A stretch of 20,987 bases of DNA from Candidatus Hermodarchaeota archaeon (GTDB taxonomy: Archaea; Asgardarchaeota; Lokiarchaeia; Sigyniarchaeales; SOKP01). The translations under genes were made by a program, and so were the position numbers. The notes beneath the pieces are model-generated. The model had not been told where the DNA came from and ran no database searches. It was given only the letters and a program-made list of their open reading frames with translations. The stretch lies in NCBI GenBank assembly GCA_048885525.1, contig JBHLLP010000055.1, positions 1 to 20,987 on the forward strand, in the 5' to 3' direction. Positions 7,673-16,346 of the stretch are shown here, in pieces. Each line of letters opens with the position of its first letter. Position 1 is the first letter of the stretch.

Positions 7673-8644
7673 TTGAAAAAGAAGAAGAATTCTAATTCAG
7701 AAATCTCTGTATGTTCGCATAAAAATGTCAAACAAGATAGTGGATTCATTGTTTGTCAAGATTGCGGATTAATTATGGAAGACGGTTTAGCTTTTGAATC
7801 TACAGTAGCAACGAGTGACTTTTTTACTGATTCCCAGAGAGATTATGAAAGAAGGATCAAACTAAGCGACTCAAAGGCTCTCCAAGATCCAGTTATAAAA
7901 GAGAAATACGACCGCATAAAGACCTTAGAAAAATGGTTTCGAGACTATGAATCTGATTTTACTGAACAAAAAAAGACAATTGACTTACTTAAAAGCCATG
8001 GAATTGGATTAAACATTGATAGTGTGAAATTTCAAGGAATTAAAGATAGGTATTTAAAGTATAATAAGTACCACCGTCACAATTATCAAAACATGGTCAT
8101 AATTTTTCTTGCGATTGTATGGATGAAAATTAAGGACACTACAAATATAAGGATCGAGGAATTCATCAAAGTTTCAAGGGAGTTAGGACACAAAATAAAC
8201 AAAAAGATGTTGAATAATGCGATGTTAAAAGTCAAAAGGACTGAAAATATGTTAAAAAGTAAGAAAACTAAATCAGAACTAGAAAGAGAAATCAAAAATA
8301 GGATAAAAATTGTATTTCAAAAAGATTTGAACCATATTCCTTTTGAAGCAGTAAAAGAATTTTTTACTGATAAAGAAGAATTTGAGAAAGTAAAAATGGA
8401 AATGTTGTTATTAGCTGATAAAATATTGAATAAAATCTCATACAAACAAATCCAGAATCTTAATTATAAAGCATTCACAGCAGGTTTAATTTATTACGTT
8501 GGTCAATCTCTTGATAATCGAAAAATATTTACTCAAAGTTTAATTGAACATACAAGTAAATTTTCAAGTACTACTATTAGAAAGAAATATCATGAATTGA
8601 AAGAATTATTTGGAGATGCTCAAACTCTTAAACTCCAAATTTAA
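7673..8644 (+). CDS. Divergent TFB/TFIIB-like protein (Zn ribbon plus cyclin-fold repeats)
   Basis: 323 aa. CSH..(x)..GFIVCQDCGLIM Zn ribbon, AFTAGLIYYVG and FTQSLIEHTSKFSSTTIRKKYHEL correspond to the TFB second cyclin repeat and HTH. TTG start is uncertain. Confidence 0.75.
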   Translation: MKKKKNSNSEISVCSHKNVKQDSGFIVCQDCGLIMEDGLAFESTVATSDFFTDSQRDYERRIKLSDSKALQDPVIKEKYDRIKTLEKWFRDYESDFTEQKKTIDLLKSHGIGLNIDSVKFQGIKDRYLKYNKYHRHNYQNMVIIFLAIVWMKIKDTTNIRIEEFIKVSRELGHKINKKMLNNAMLKVKRTENMLKSKKTKSELEREIKNRIKIVFQKDLNHIPFEAVKEFFTDKEEFEKVKMEMLLLADKILNKISYKQIQNLNYKAFTAGLIYYVGQSLDNRKIFTQSLIEHTSKFSSTTIRKKYHELKELFGDAQTLKLQI

Positions 8645-8731
8645 AAATTATTTCTTAAGGCTAAATCCTTAATAAGCATTGAAATAATATTAAATAATAT
8701 TTATATTAAAATCATAGTTTAAATTATTAAG

Positions 8732-11602
8732 ATGGTATCATCAGAGATGGAAAAACCAAACCATTATTATAATCGACCAATTGAAGATTTGGTTAAACAA
8801 TTCAGTACTAATTTAGATAGAGGATTAAAATCGTCAGAATTAAATCAAAGATATTTAAAATTTGGATATAATGAATTACCAAAAATAAAAAAATCAATTT
8901 GGAAGATTTATCTTGCTCCAATTTTCAATTTTTTGATAGTTATTCTTATTATAACAGGTGTAGTAATAGTAATCTTGGGTTCTGCCGAAGAGACAGTTAT
9001 CACTTTTACCGTTGTAATTTTAAACTCTGCAACAGTAGTAATTCAACAATATAGAGCGCAAAAGGCTTTAGAATCTCTACGTCAAATCTCTGCATTAAAA
9101 GCAACAGTAATTCGAGATGGTAATCAATTAGAAGTACCAAATAGAGAATTAGTACCTGGAGATATTGTAGTATTGGAACAAGGGGATAAAATTCCTGCTG
9201 ATGGGAGAATTATAAGTCACGTAAATCTTACAGTTGATGAAGCCCCTTTGACCGGAGAAAGTGAGCCTGTAGAAAAAATAACTGAAGAAATCCAAGGTAA
9301 GGGCATTTTAATACAAAAACAATCTAATATGATATTCATGGGAACATATATTTATACAGGGAGGGCAAGATCATTGATTACTGGTACAGGTATTAATACT
9401 GAGATTGGTAAAATATCTGAAACACTAAATGAAATGGGTAGTATTGAAGATATCCCCTTGACAAGAAAATTAAATAGATTAGGGTATATTTTAGGTACAA
9501 TCGTAGTAATAAATTTGATTATTTTAATTGTTTATAAATTTTCTTTATTGTTAATTGAAGAAAATTTCATCCAATCAGAAATAAGTAGCACTCTTGTTAG
9601 TTCTATATTAAGAGCAACAAACATTTTACCCATAAATCTTCCTATTTTATCAACGTTAGTTTTAATTACGGGAGTGCTAAAAATGGCTCAAAGTGGTGTA
9701 ATCATCAAAAATCTTTCTTCAATAGAATCTCTTGGTAGAGTTTCTGTAATTTGTTCAGATAAAACAGGAACTATTACCAAAAATGAAATGACAGTTGAAA
9801 AATTTTGGATTAACGAAGAAGAATATGATGTTACTGGCTCGGGCTACGACTCTGAAGGAGAAATATATCAGAATAATACACCTGTAAGTTTGAAAGATAA
9901 TCCTACTTTTATTAAGTTTATAGAATCAATGGTGTTAAATAATAATGCCCAACTTGTATATGAAGATGTTAAAATCCGATTAAAAGAAAAAAGAGAAATA
10001 GCAGTAAGGCGAGCCTTAGGTTCTCCAACTGAAGCAGCTTTATTAGTACTAGTTGAAAAAGCGGGATATATCCCTCATGATGTAAAAAAAGAATATGAAT
10101 TTATTACTGAATATTCTTTTAGTTCTGAATTAAAACGTATGAGCTCAACATATAGGTCAAATAATAAGAAAAGTGATATATTTGTTTTTACCAAAGGAGC
10201 TCCCGAAAGGATTATTGAAATTTCTTCTAGTATTGATATAAATGGAGATATAAAACCTTTAGATTCTGATGTTAGAGAAAAAATATTAAATAAAATAGCA
10301 GATCGTGCAAATGAGGGATATAGAATTCTCGCTTTATCTTATAAAACACTAGATTATATCAACAAACCTAAACGAAAAGATATTGAAAAGGAACTAATCT
10401 TATTAGGATTTGTTTCAATTATGGACCCCCCAAGAAAAGGTGTTAAAGAGTCTATTGAACAATGCCAAAATGGAGAGATAAAGGTTATAATGATTACAGG
10501 GGATCATCCCGCGACAGCGAAAACCATCGCTTCACAGATGGGGATTTACAAACAAGGGGATTTAGTCATCGAAGGATCTCAATTAAAAAATTCAGCAAAA
10601 TTAGATTTTAAAAATATATCAGTCTTTGCTCGTGTAGAGCCTTCAGATAAAGAGATTATTGTCAAACGTTACCAAGATAACGAGCAAGTAGTCGCCATGA
10701 CAGGCGATGGCATAAATGATTCACTAGCTTTAAAGCTTGCTAATGCAGGTATAGCTATGGGTATTACAGGAACAGATGTTGCAAAAGAAACCGCTGATAT
10801 GGTTATATCAGATGATAATTTTACTTCTATTGAAAAAGGTGTAAGAATTGGTCGTGGTTTATTTTCGAAAATTAGGACAATAATCTATTTTTTTATTTGT
10901 TTGAATATAATGGAAGCTATCATCTTTTTTACTTATGAATTCATACCTACATTTGATCTCTTTAGTTCAGAATGGCAGCACATCTACATTTTTGGTATTG
11001 TACACTCTCTTCCTTCATTAGCCCTAGTAATCGATACTCATCCTAAAGATATTATGCTTGAACCTCCTAGGGACGAAGAGCAGATACTAAATAAAAATAT
11101 GTGGATAATGCTGTTAACACAAGCTTTTCTTATGGGTATTGGATTAGTTTTAGCTTTGCAATTAAGTTTAGGGCAAGTTGTTCCTTTAAATGATTGGAAC
11201 TTAAATCCTTATATTAGTTATATCAATCCTGCTTCTCCTTCTTCTGAATTGGTCGCCCAAAAAGCAAGAACTATGTTTATTACAACACTTTATATTGTCG
11301 AAACGAATTTCATATGGACTTTTAGAAGACCGAATAAATCTCTTGTTAGAAGTATCAAAGAAGAATTCAGCCTTTCATTATTAGTTATTTGTATATTTAC
11401 ATTGCTTTTACATATTCTCTATATTTGCTTTTCTTACCTTGTTAACTATTATGTAAATGATGTTTTCGGGTTAGATTTACAGATAAATTTTATGTTCCTT
11501 AGTGGAACAGATTGGATACTTTGCATTTTGCTTGCTTTACCAGGTCTAATAGGTATAGAGGTATTTAAATACATTGCTCGAGAGAGGAATATTCATTTTT
11601 AA
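8732..11602 (+). CDS. P-type ATPase, P2-like scaffold with atypical membrane site (copy 1)
   Basis: 956 aa. LTGES, CSDKTGT (D343), KGAPE, DPPR, MITGDH, FARV, TGDGIND, about 10 TM. M4 reads ILPINLP. Confidence 0.95.
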   Translation: MVSSEMEKPNHYYNRPIEDLVKQFSTNLDRGLKSSELNQRYLKFGYNELPKIKKSIWKIYLAPIFNFLIVILIITGVVIVILGSAEETVITFTVVILNSATVVIQQYRAQKALESLRQISALKATVIRDGNQLEVPNRELVPGDIVVLEQGDKIPADGRIISHVNLTVDEAPLTGESEPVEKITEEIQGKGILIQKQSNMIFMGTYIYTGRARSLITGTGINTEIGKISETLNEMGSIEDIPLTRKLNRLGYILGTIVVINLIILIVYKFSLLLIEENFIQSEISSTLVSSILRATNILPINLPILSTLVLITGVLKMAQSGVIIKNLSSIESLGRVSVICSDKTGTITKNEMTVEKFWINEEEYDVTGSGYDSEGEIYQNNTPVSLKDNPTFIKFIESMVLNNNAQLVYEDVKIRLKEKREIAVRRALGSPTEAALLVLVEKAGYIPHDVKKEYEFITEYSFSSELKRMSSTYRSNNKKSDIFVFTKGAPERIIEISSSIDINGDIKPLDSDVREKILNKIADRANEGYRILALSYKTLDYINKPKRKDIEKELILLGFVSIMDPPRKGVKESIEQCQNGEIKVIMITGDHPATAKTIASQMGIYKQGDLVIEGSQLKNSAKLDFKNISVFARVEPSDKEIIVKRYQDNEQVVAMTGDGINDSLALKLANAGIAMGITGTDVAKETADMVISDDNFTSIEKGVRIGRGLFSKIRTIIYFFICLNIMEAIIFFTYEFIPTFDLFSSEWQHIYIFGIVHSLPSLALVIDTHPKDIMLEPPRDEEQILNKNMWIMLLTQAFLMGIGLVLALQLSLGQVVPLNDWNLNPYISYINPASPSSELVAQKARTMFITTLYIVETNFIWTFRRPNKSLVRSIKEEFSLSLLVICIFTLLLHILYICFSYLVNYYVNDVFGLDLQINFMFLSGTDWILCILLALPGLIGIEVFKYIARERNIHF

Positions 11603-11718
11603 AATAATATCAAGTTTAAAAAGACACTAATTAATGAATTTTAGCAAAAAGCAATAAATTAAAAGTGAATGTTATCATAGGTTATTTATTAAATTGAATT
11701 ATATTTAGAATTCAATTA

Positions 11719-11726
11719 TTTATATA
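11719..11726 (+). promoter_or_regulatory. Candidate TATA box for the second ATPase (possibly leaderless transcript)
   Basis: TTTATATA begins 27 nt before ATG 11746 and no SD is present. AT-rich background lowers certainty. Confidence 0.35.
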
Positions 11727-11745
11727 AAGCTGTGGAAGACCCAGT

Positions 11746-14661
11746 ATGGAATCTACAGAAAAAAATTTTTATAATCTTGAATTAAGCGAGATCTATAAAA
11801 AATTTCAAACCGATCCTAAAAACGGTTTATCTGCAAAAGAAGCAGCGAATCGATTAAAAGAATATGGTTTAAATGAAATCCCTAAAGTATCCAAAGGTTT
11901 TATTAAAATATATCTTGCGCCATTATTTAATTGGTTAATCGTGATATATTTAATAGGGGCAGTAATACTAATTTTAGCATGGGCTTTCGGTGGACAGGGA
12001 GATTTAATAACTGTTGCACTGACTTTATTTATCGTCCTCTTAAATTGTTTAGTTGCTATCATTCAACAATACAGAGCAACTAAAAAGCTTAAAGCTTTAC
12101 GTGAATTAACTGCTCCCACATCAACTATAATTAGAAACGGGCAAAAACAAGAGGTTTTAACCAAAGAAATTGTTATAGGTGATCTATTAGTTTTGAATCA
12201 AGGAGATAAAATTCCTGCAGATGCGAGAATAATCGAATCGTTTAATTTAGTAGTAAATGAGGCTTCATTAACAGGAGAAAGTGAACCCGTAAGAAAAAAG
12301 GAAATAGGAGAAGCGTTGACAAAAAGAGACATCTCTATAGGAGAACGAAGTAATATGGTTTTTTATGGAACATTTATTTCGACAGGAACAGGTAAATCAA
12401 TCGTGGTAAAAACTGGTGGAAATACTGAAATAGGAAAGATTTCTCATGGTTTAGAAGAAGCTGGTACGAGTGAGATTCCAATTAGACAAAAAATGAATAA
12501 TTTTGGTAAATGGTTAGGGATTATTGTGTTTATTTTTTGGTTTATAACATTAATAATTATCTGGGTTGCAAGGGGGACACCTGAAATTGTGGAGAGTTTA
12601 AACTCTGCTCTCGATCTTATGCCAATCAACATACCATTGTTGGTTACAATTGTCTTAATAACTGGAGTTCTTGCTATGGCTCATCGTGGTGTAATTATAA
12701 GAAATCTTGCTTCAGTTGACAGTTTAGGACGTGTAAGTGTTGTATGCTCTGACAAAACGGGTACATTAACTAAGAACCAGATGAGTATTCAACATGTCTG
12801 GACAAATGGATCAATCTTTCGAGTAACAGGTAGTGGTTATAGTCCTGATGGAGATATTGTGCTTATGGATGATCCCAAGAATCATATTTATGTCAAACAT
12901 ATCGATGAATACCCATATCTCAAATTGCTTTTAACCTCTGGATTTCTAAATAATAATTCTGCTTTAGTAAAAAATGAAATTGAAATATCTGGGAAGACCT
13001 TATATAATTGGAATGTAATTGGCTCTCCTACTGAAGGAGCACTAATGGTCTTATTCCAGAAGGGTATGGGTGATTATCTTCTTGAAGATTATGAATCTAT
13101 TACAGAATATCCATTTGATTCTTCTTTAAAACGAATGACTAAGCTTTATAAAAGAGATCAAGTATACATTTCCTTTACTAAGGGGGCAAGTGAAATTTTA
13201 ATGCCTTTATGTTCAAAAGTAATATATAATGATAGTGTAATCGAATTCACTGATGAGATAAAAAAGAAGATTATGGAAATTGTAGATTTATACGCTAATC
13301 AAGGATATAGAATTTTAAGTTTATGTTATAAAGAAATGAATCAGATTCCTCCAGAAGGAGATAAAGGTAGAAAAATAAGTGAAACAGATTTAACATTTAT
13401 TGGGTTTGTTACAATTTTAGATCCACCAAGAGAAGGTGTAAGAGAGTCTGTAGAACAATGTTATGAAGCGGGAGTTGACGTTGTAATGATCACAGGAGAC
13501 TCTCCTGCTACAGCAAGGGCTATTGCTTCACAAATCGCTATAATAACTAAAGAAAGTGATATAGTTGTAGAAGGAAAAAGTATTAACAATATTGAATCTT
13601 ATGATGAATTTTCTAAAATTAAGGTATTTGCTCGAGTATCTCCCGAGCATAAAGAAGATATCGTTGAAAAATATCAAGAACAAAAAAAGGTTGTTGCTAT
13701 GACAGGAGATGGTGTAAATGATGCTTTAGCTTTGAATATGGCTGATGCAGGAGTAGCTATGGGAATTTCCGGTACTGATGTGGCTAAGGAAGCTTCAGAT
13801 ATGGTAATATCTGATGACTCTTTTAATTCAATAGTAACAGGCATTCAACATGGAAGGGGGATATTCGCAAGAATCCGTGCTGTGGTATTTTTTTATATTG
13901 TTATTAATGTGTTTGAAGGAATTGTGCAATTTTTATTAGCAATTATCTTAGATTTACCTTATTTCTTAGATGAGGCTTTCTATTATCAATGGGTTTTTCT
14001 ATCAATAACTTTACATATTTTTCCAGGATTAATTCTTACATTTGATACTACTTCAAAAGATATAATGAAAGAAAAGCCACGAGACTCAGAAGAAATCCTT
14101 TCAAAAAATACTTTTCGTCTATTATTGATATTTGGCATTTTACTTGCAATAAGTATGATAATAGTGTACTTCATAACTATTACAGGCTTCTATCCTGTTT
14201 TTCCTGAAAATATTGTTCCTGGATATTTATATTATGATGAAACACTATTACCTCCTGAGGTATATAATCTTCCAGCCGTAGAATTAGCCGAGATTCTAGA
14301 AAAGATAAATGTAATTAGAACTATTGGAAAAACCTTAACAATGATGATGTGTGTTCTATTTTTCTGCGAATCCTTTCTTGTATATCAGATTAGAAGACCA
14401 AATAAATCTTTAATTAAGAGTCTTATCGAAGATCGAAATAAATTTATGTTTATTCTGATTGGAATTTTATTCTTTGTTTTCATCGCTCTACTTTATATTC
14501 CCGGAGTACAAACTTTCTTAGCAGATTCATGGAGGATCAATTTTATGTTTATGCCTTTAACAGGATTAGATTGGTTGGTATGTTTCTTAATTTCTTTAGT
14601 CTGTATCGTATCATTTGAGATTGTAAAATGGTTAGCGCGTAGAAAAAGTATTACTTTTTAA
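11746..14661 (+). CDS. P-type ATPase, P2-like scaffold with atypical membrane site (copy 2)
   Basis: 971 aa. LTGES, CSDKTGT (D336), KGASE, DPPR, MITGDS, FARV, TGDGVND, about 10 TM. M4 reads LMPINIP. Confidence 0.95.
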   Translation: MESTEKNFYNLELSEIYKKFQTDPKNGLSAKEAANRLKEYGLNEIPKVSKGFIKIYLAPLFNWLIVIYLIGAVILILAWAFGGQGDLITVALTLFIVLLNCLVAIIQQYRATKKLKALRELTAPTSTIIRNGQKQEVLTKEIVIGDLLVLNQGDKIPADARIIESFNLVVNEASLTGESEPVRKKEIGEALTKRDISIGERSNMVFYGTFISTGTGKSIVVKTGGNTEIGKISHGLEEAGTSEIPIRQKMNNFGKWLGIIVFIFWFITLIIIWVARGTPEIVESLNSALDLMPINIPLLVTIVLITGVLAMAHRGVIIRNLASVDSLGRVSVVCSDKTGTLTKNQMSIQHVWTNGSIFRVTGSGYSPDGDIVLMDDPKNHIYVKHIDEYPYLKLLLTSGFLNNNSALVKNEIEISGKTLYNWNVIGSPTEGALMVLFQKGMGDYLLEDYESITEYPFDSSLKRMTKLYKRDQVYISFTKGASEILMPLCSKVIYNDSVIEFTDEIKKKIMEIVDLYANQGYRILSLCYKEMNQIPPEGDKGRKISETDLTFIGFVTILDPPREGVRESVEQCYEAGVDVVMITGDSPATARAIASQIAIITKESDIVVEGKSINNIESYDEFSKIKVFARVSPEHKEDIVEKYQEQKKVVAMTGDGVNDALALNMADAGVAMGISGTDVAKEASDMVISDDSFNSIVTGIQHGRGIFARIRAVVFFYIVINVFEGIVQFLLAIILDLPYFLDEAFYYQWVFLSITLHIFPGLILTFDTTSKDIMKEKPRDSEEILSKNTFRLLLIFGILLAISMIIVYFITITGFYPVFPENIVPGYLYYDETLLPPEVYNLPAVELAEILEKINVIRTIGKTLTMMMCVLFFCESFLVYQIRRPNKSLIKSLIEDRNKFMFILIGILFFVFIALLYIPGVQTFLADSWRINFMFMPLTGLDWLVCFLISLVCIVSFEIVKWLARRKSITF

Positions 14662-14664
14662 AAT

Positions 14665-14690
14665 TATCTCTTTTTCTCTTTTTTTTCTTA
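14665..14690 (+). terminator. Pyrimidine/T-tract archaeal terminator after the ATPase pair
   Basis: TCTCTTTTTCTCTTTTTTTTCTT directly after the stop at 14661. Confidence 0.5.
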
Positions 14691-14741
14691 AAATCGGTAA
14701 TAAAAGACAATTTTTTACTATAAATTGGATTATTTTTTCCC

Positions 14742-14858
14742 ATACTAATAGGAGAGAGAGTAAAATTAGAACCAACTAAGAGAGAGTATATTGAGTCATT
14801 TCTAAAATGGTTTAATCCTTATGGGAATTTTAGTATAAGAATGCAATCTCAAAAATAA
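14742..14858 (+). pseudogene. N-terminal remnant of a RimJ/RimL-type GNAT acetyltransferase
   Basis: 38 codons, ILIGERVKLEPTKREYIESFLKWFNPYG..., resembling the RimJ/RimL N-terminus (MLxGxRVxLxPxxxExxxxxxxWxNDPE). ATA sits at the Met position and the stop is early. Confidence 0.55.
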
Positions 14859-14980
14859 GAAATAAATAATTAAGCATATAAGTTTTAAAATAATTAACTA
14901 TTTTTGAGAGCAATTTAGTTTTTAAAATATTTATAATTCAAATAATTATTATTGAACAATAAAAAATTAGGTGTAATTAT

Positions 14981-16303
14981 TTGAGTAAATCAATTGTATC
15001 GATTGTAAGGTATGAAAAAGCCTTAGATTCAGTTCGTAAGGCTATCAAACTTTCAAATGGATTTGAAAAACTACCAAATAAAGCGAAAGTGTTTATTAAA
15101 CCAAATATAGTCTATTGGAATCGACATTGTGATTTTCCAAAATGGGGTGTTATTACAACTTCACGCGTAATTGAAGATGTCATTATTTTACTAAAAGAAC
15201 ACGGAATTGATGATATTACCATTGGAGAAGGAATCGTATCAGGAGATCCTAAAGACACAGAAACTGCTAAAGATGCTTTTGAAAAACTTGGTTATAATAT
15301 TTTAAAGGAACAACATGGGGTTAAGTTAATTAACACTTTTGAAAGACCATTTGAAAAAGTTGAACTTACAGAAGGCTTAACAGCTAAAATGAACTCCGAT
15401 ATGCTTAATTCGGATTTTCTAATTGACATACCTGTCCTTAAAACTCATGCACAATGTGTTGTAAGTCTAGGAATAAAAAATTTAAAGGGATTGATTAACA
15501 TTGCTTCACGTAAGAAATTCCATAGTGCAGATCCGATTAGAAATCTTCATTATAATGTAGCTCAACTCGCAAATAAAACTCCTCCTTGTCTAACGATTAT
15601 TGATGGAATTTATACACTTGAACGTGGGCCTGGATTTGATGGGAAAGCCCATAGAAGTAACATTTTAGTCGCGTCAACTGATATTTTTGCAGCTGATGTT
15701 GTCGGGGCTAGTCTACTAGACATTGATCCATCAGCAGTTCCTCATCTGGTACAGGCTGCAAAAGATAGAAATCGTCCTATAGATTTGTCTGATATCGAAA
15801 TTGTTGGTGAAAAGATAGAAGATTTAGCCTCTCCTCATGAATGGGATTACATATATGCTGAAAATAATACTTTGCCCCTTCCATACCAAAGAGCAGGAAT
15901 AACTGGTATTAAGTATCATAAATATGATGAAACAATGTGTACATATTGTTCAGGAATGAATGGTATCATTTTGTCAGGCATAAAAATGGCTTGGAAGGGT
16001 GAACCCTTTGATAATATTGAAGTTTTAACAGGAAAAGTAATGAAACCTACTCCTGGAATGAATAAAACTATCTTAGTTGGGCAATGCATATATAATGCGA
16101 ATAAGGATGATCCTAATATTAATGAGATGATTGTTATTAATGGATGCCCCCCATCAGTCGAAGATATTGAAAAATCGTTAAAACAAGTAGGAATTAAAGT
16201 ACCTTCTTATATTTTTAAAAATCTGGATAAAGCACCAATGCTATTTATGGGAAGATATCAAAATAGACCAGAATTTGAGGAATTTCTTTTCAAAATTAAA
16301 TAA
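14981..16303 (+). CDS. DUF362-domain protein with C-terminal putative Fe-S domain
   Basis: 440 aa. VFIKPNIV, IGEG, IPVLKTH...SLGIKNLKG and IIDGI..LE..GP (DUF362). C-terminal CTYC...GQC...GCPP. TAGGTG lies 7 nt before the TTG start. Confidence 0.88.
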   Translation: MSKSIVSIVRYEKALDSVRKAIKLSNGFEKLPNKAKVFIKPNIVYWNRHCDFPKWGVITTSRVIEDVIILLKEHGIDDITIGEGIVSGDPKDTETAKDAFEKLGYNILKEQHGVKLINTFERPFEKVELTEGLTAKMNSDMLNSDFLIDIPVLKTHAQCVVSLGIKNLKGLINIASRKKFHSADPIRNLHYNVAQLANKTPPCLTIIDGIYTLERGPGFDGKAHRSNILVASTDIFAADVVGASLLDIDPSAVPHLVQAAKDRNRPIDLSDIEIVGEKIEDLASPHEWDYIYAENNTLPLPYQRAGITGIKYHKYDETMCTYCSGMNGIILSGIKMAWKGEPFDNIEVLTGKVMKPTPGMNKTILVGQCIYNANKDDPNINEMIVINGCPPSVEDIEKSLKQVGIKVPSYIFKNLDKAPMLFMGRYQNRPEFEEFLFKIK

Positions 16304-16346
16304 TTCTTTTAAATATTTTTTTTTTTTTAAAAAGAGGTAATGTTTT

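Noticed and set aside
7327-8295. Track ORFs 7327..7539 (+) and 8086..8295 (-)
   Set aside because: Antisense shadows of the 4-TM and TFB-like genes.
11805-14174. Three short minus-strand ORFs within ATPase copy 2
   Set aside because: Antisense shadows with no independent support.
8732-14661. Default annotation as Ca2+-transporting ATPases, or as bona fide P4 flippases
   Set aside because: Key Ca2+ ligands (E309, N796, D800 equivalents) are missing, and P4 hallmarks (DGET, M5 Lys, CDC50 partner) are missing too.
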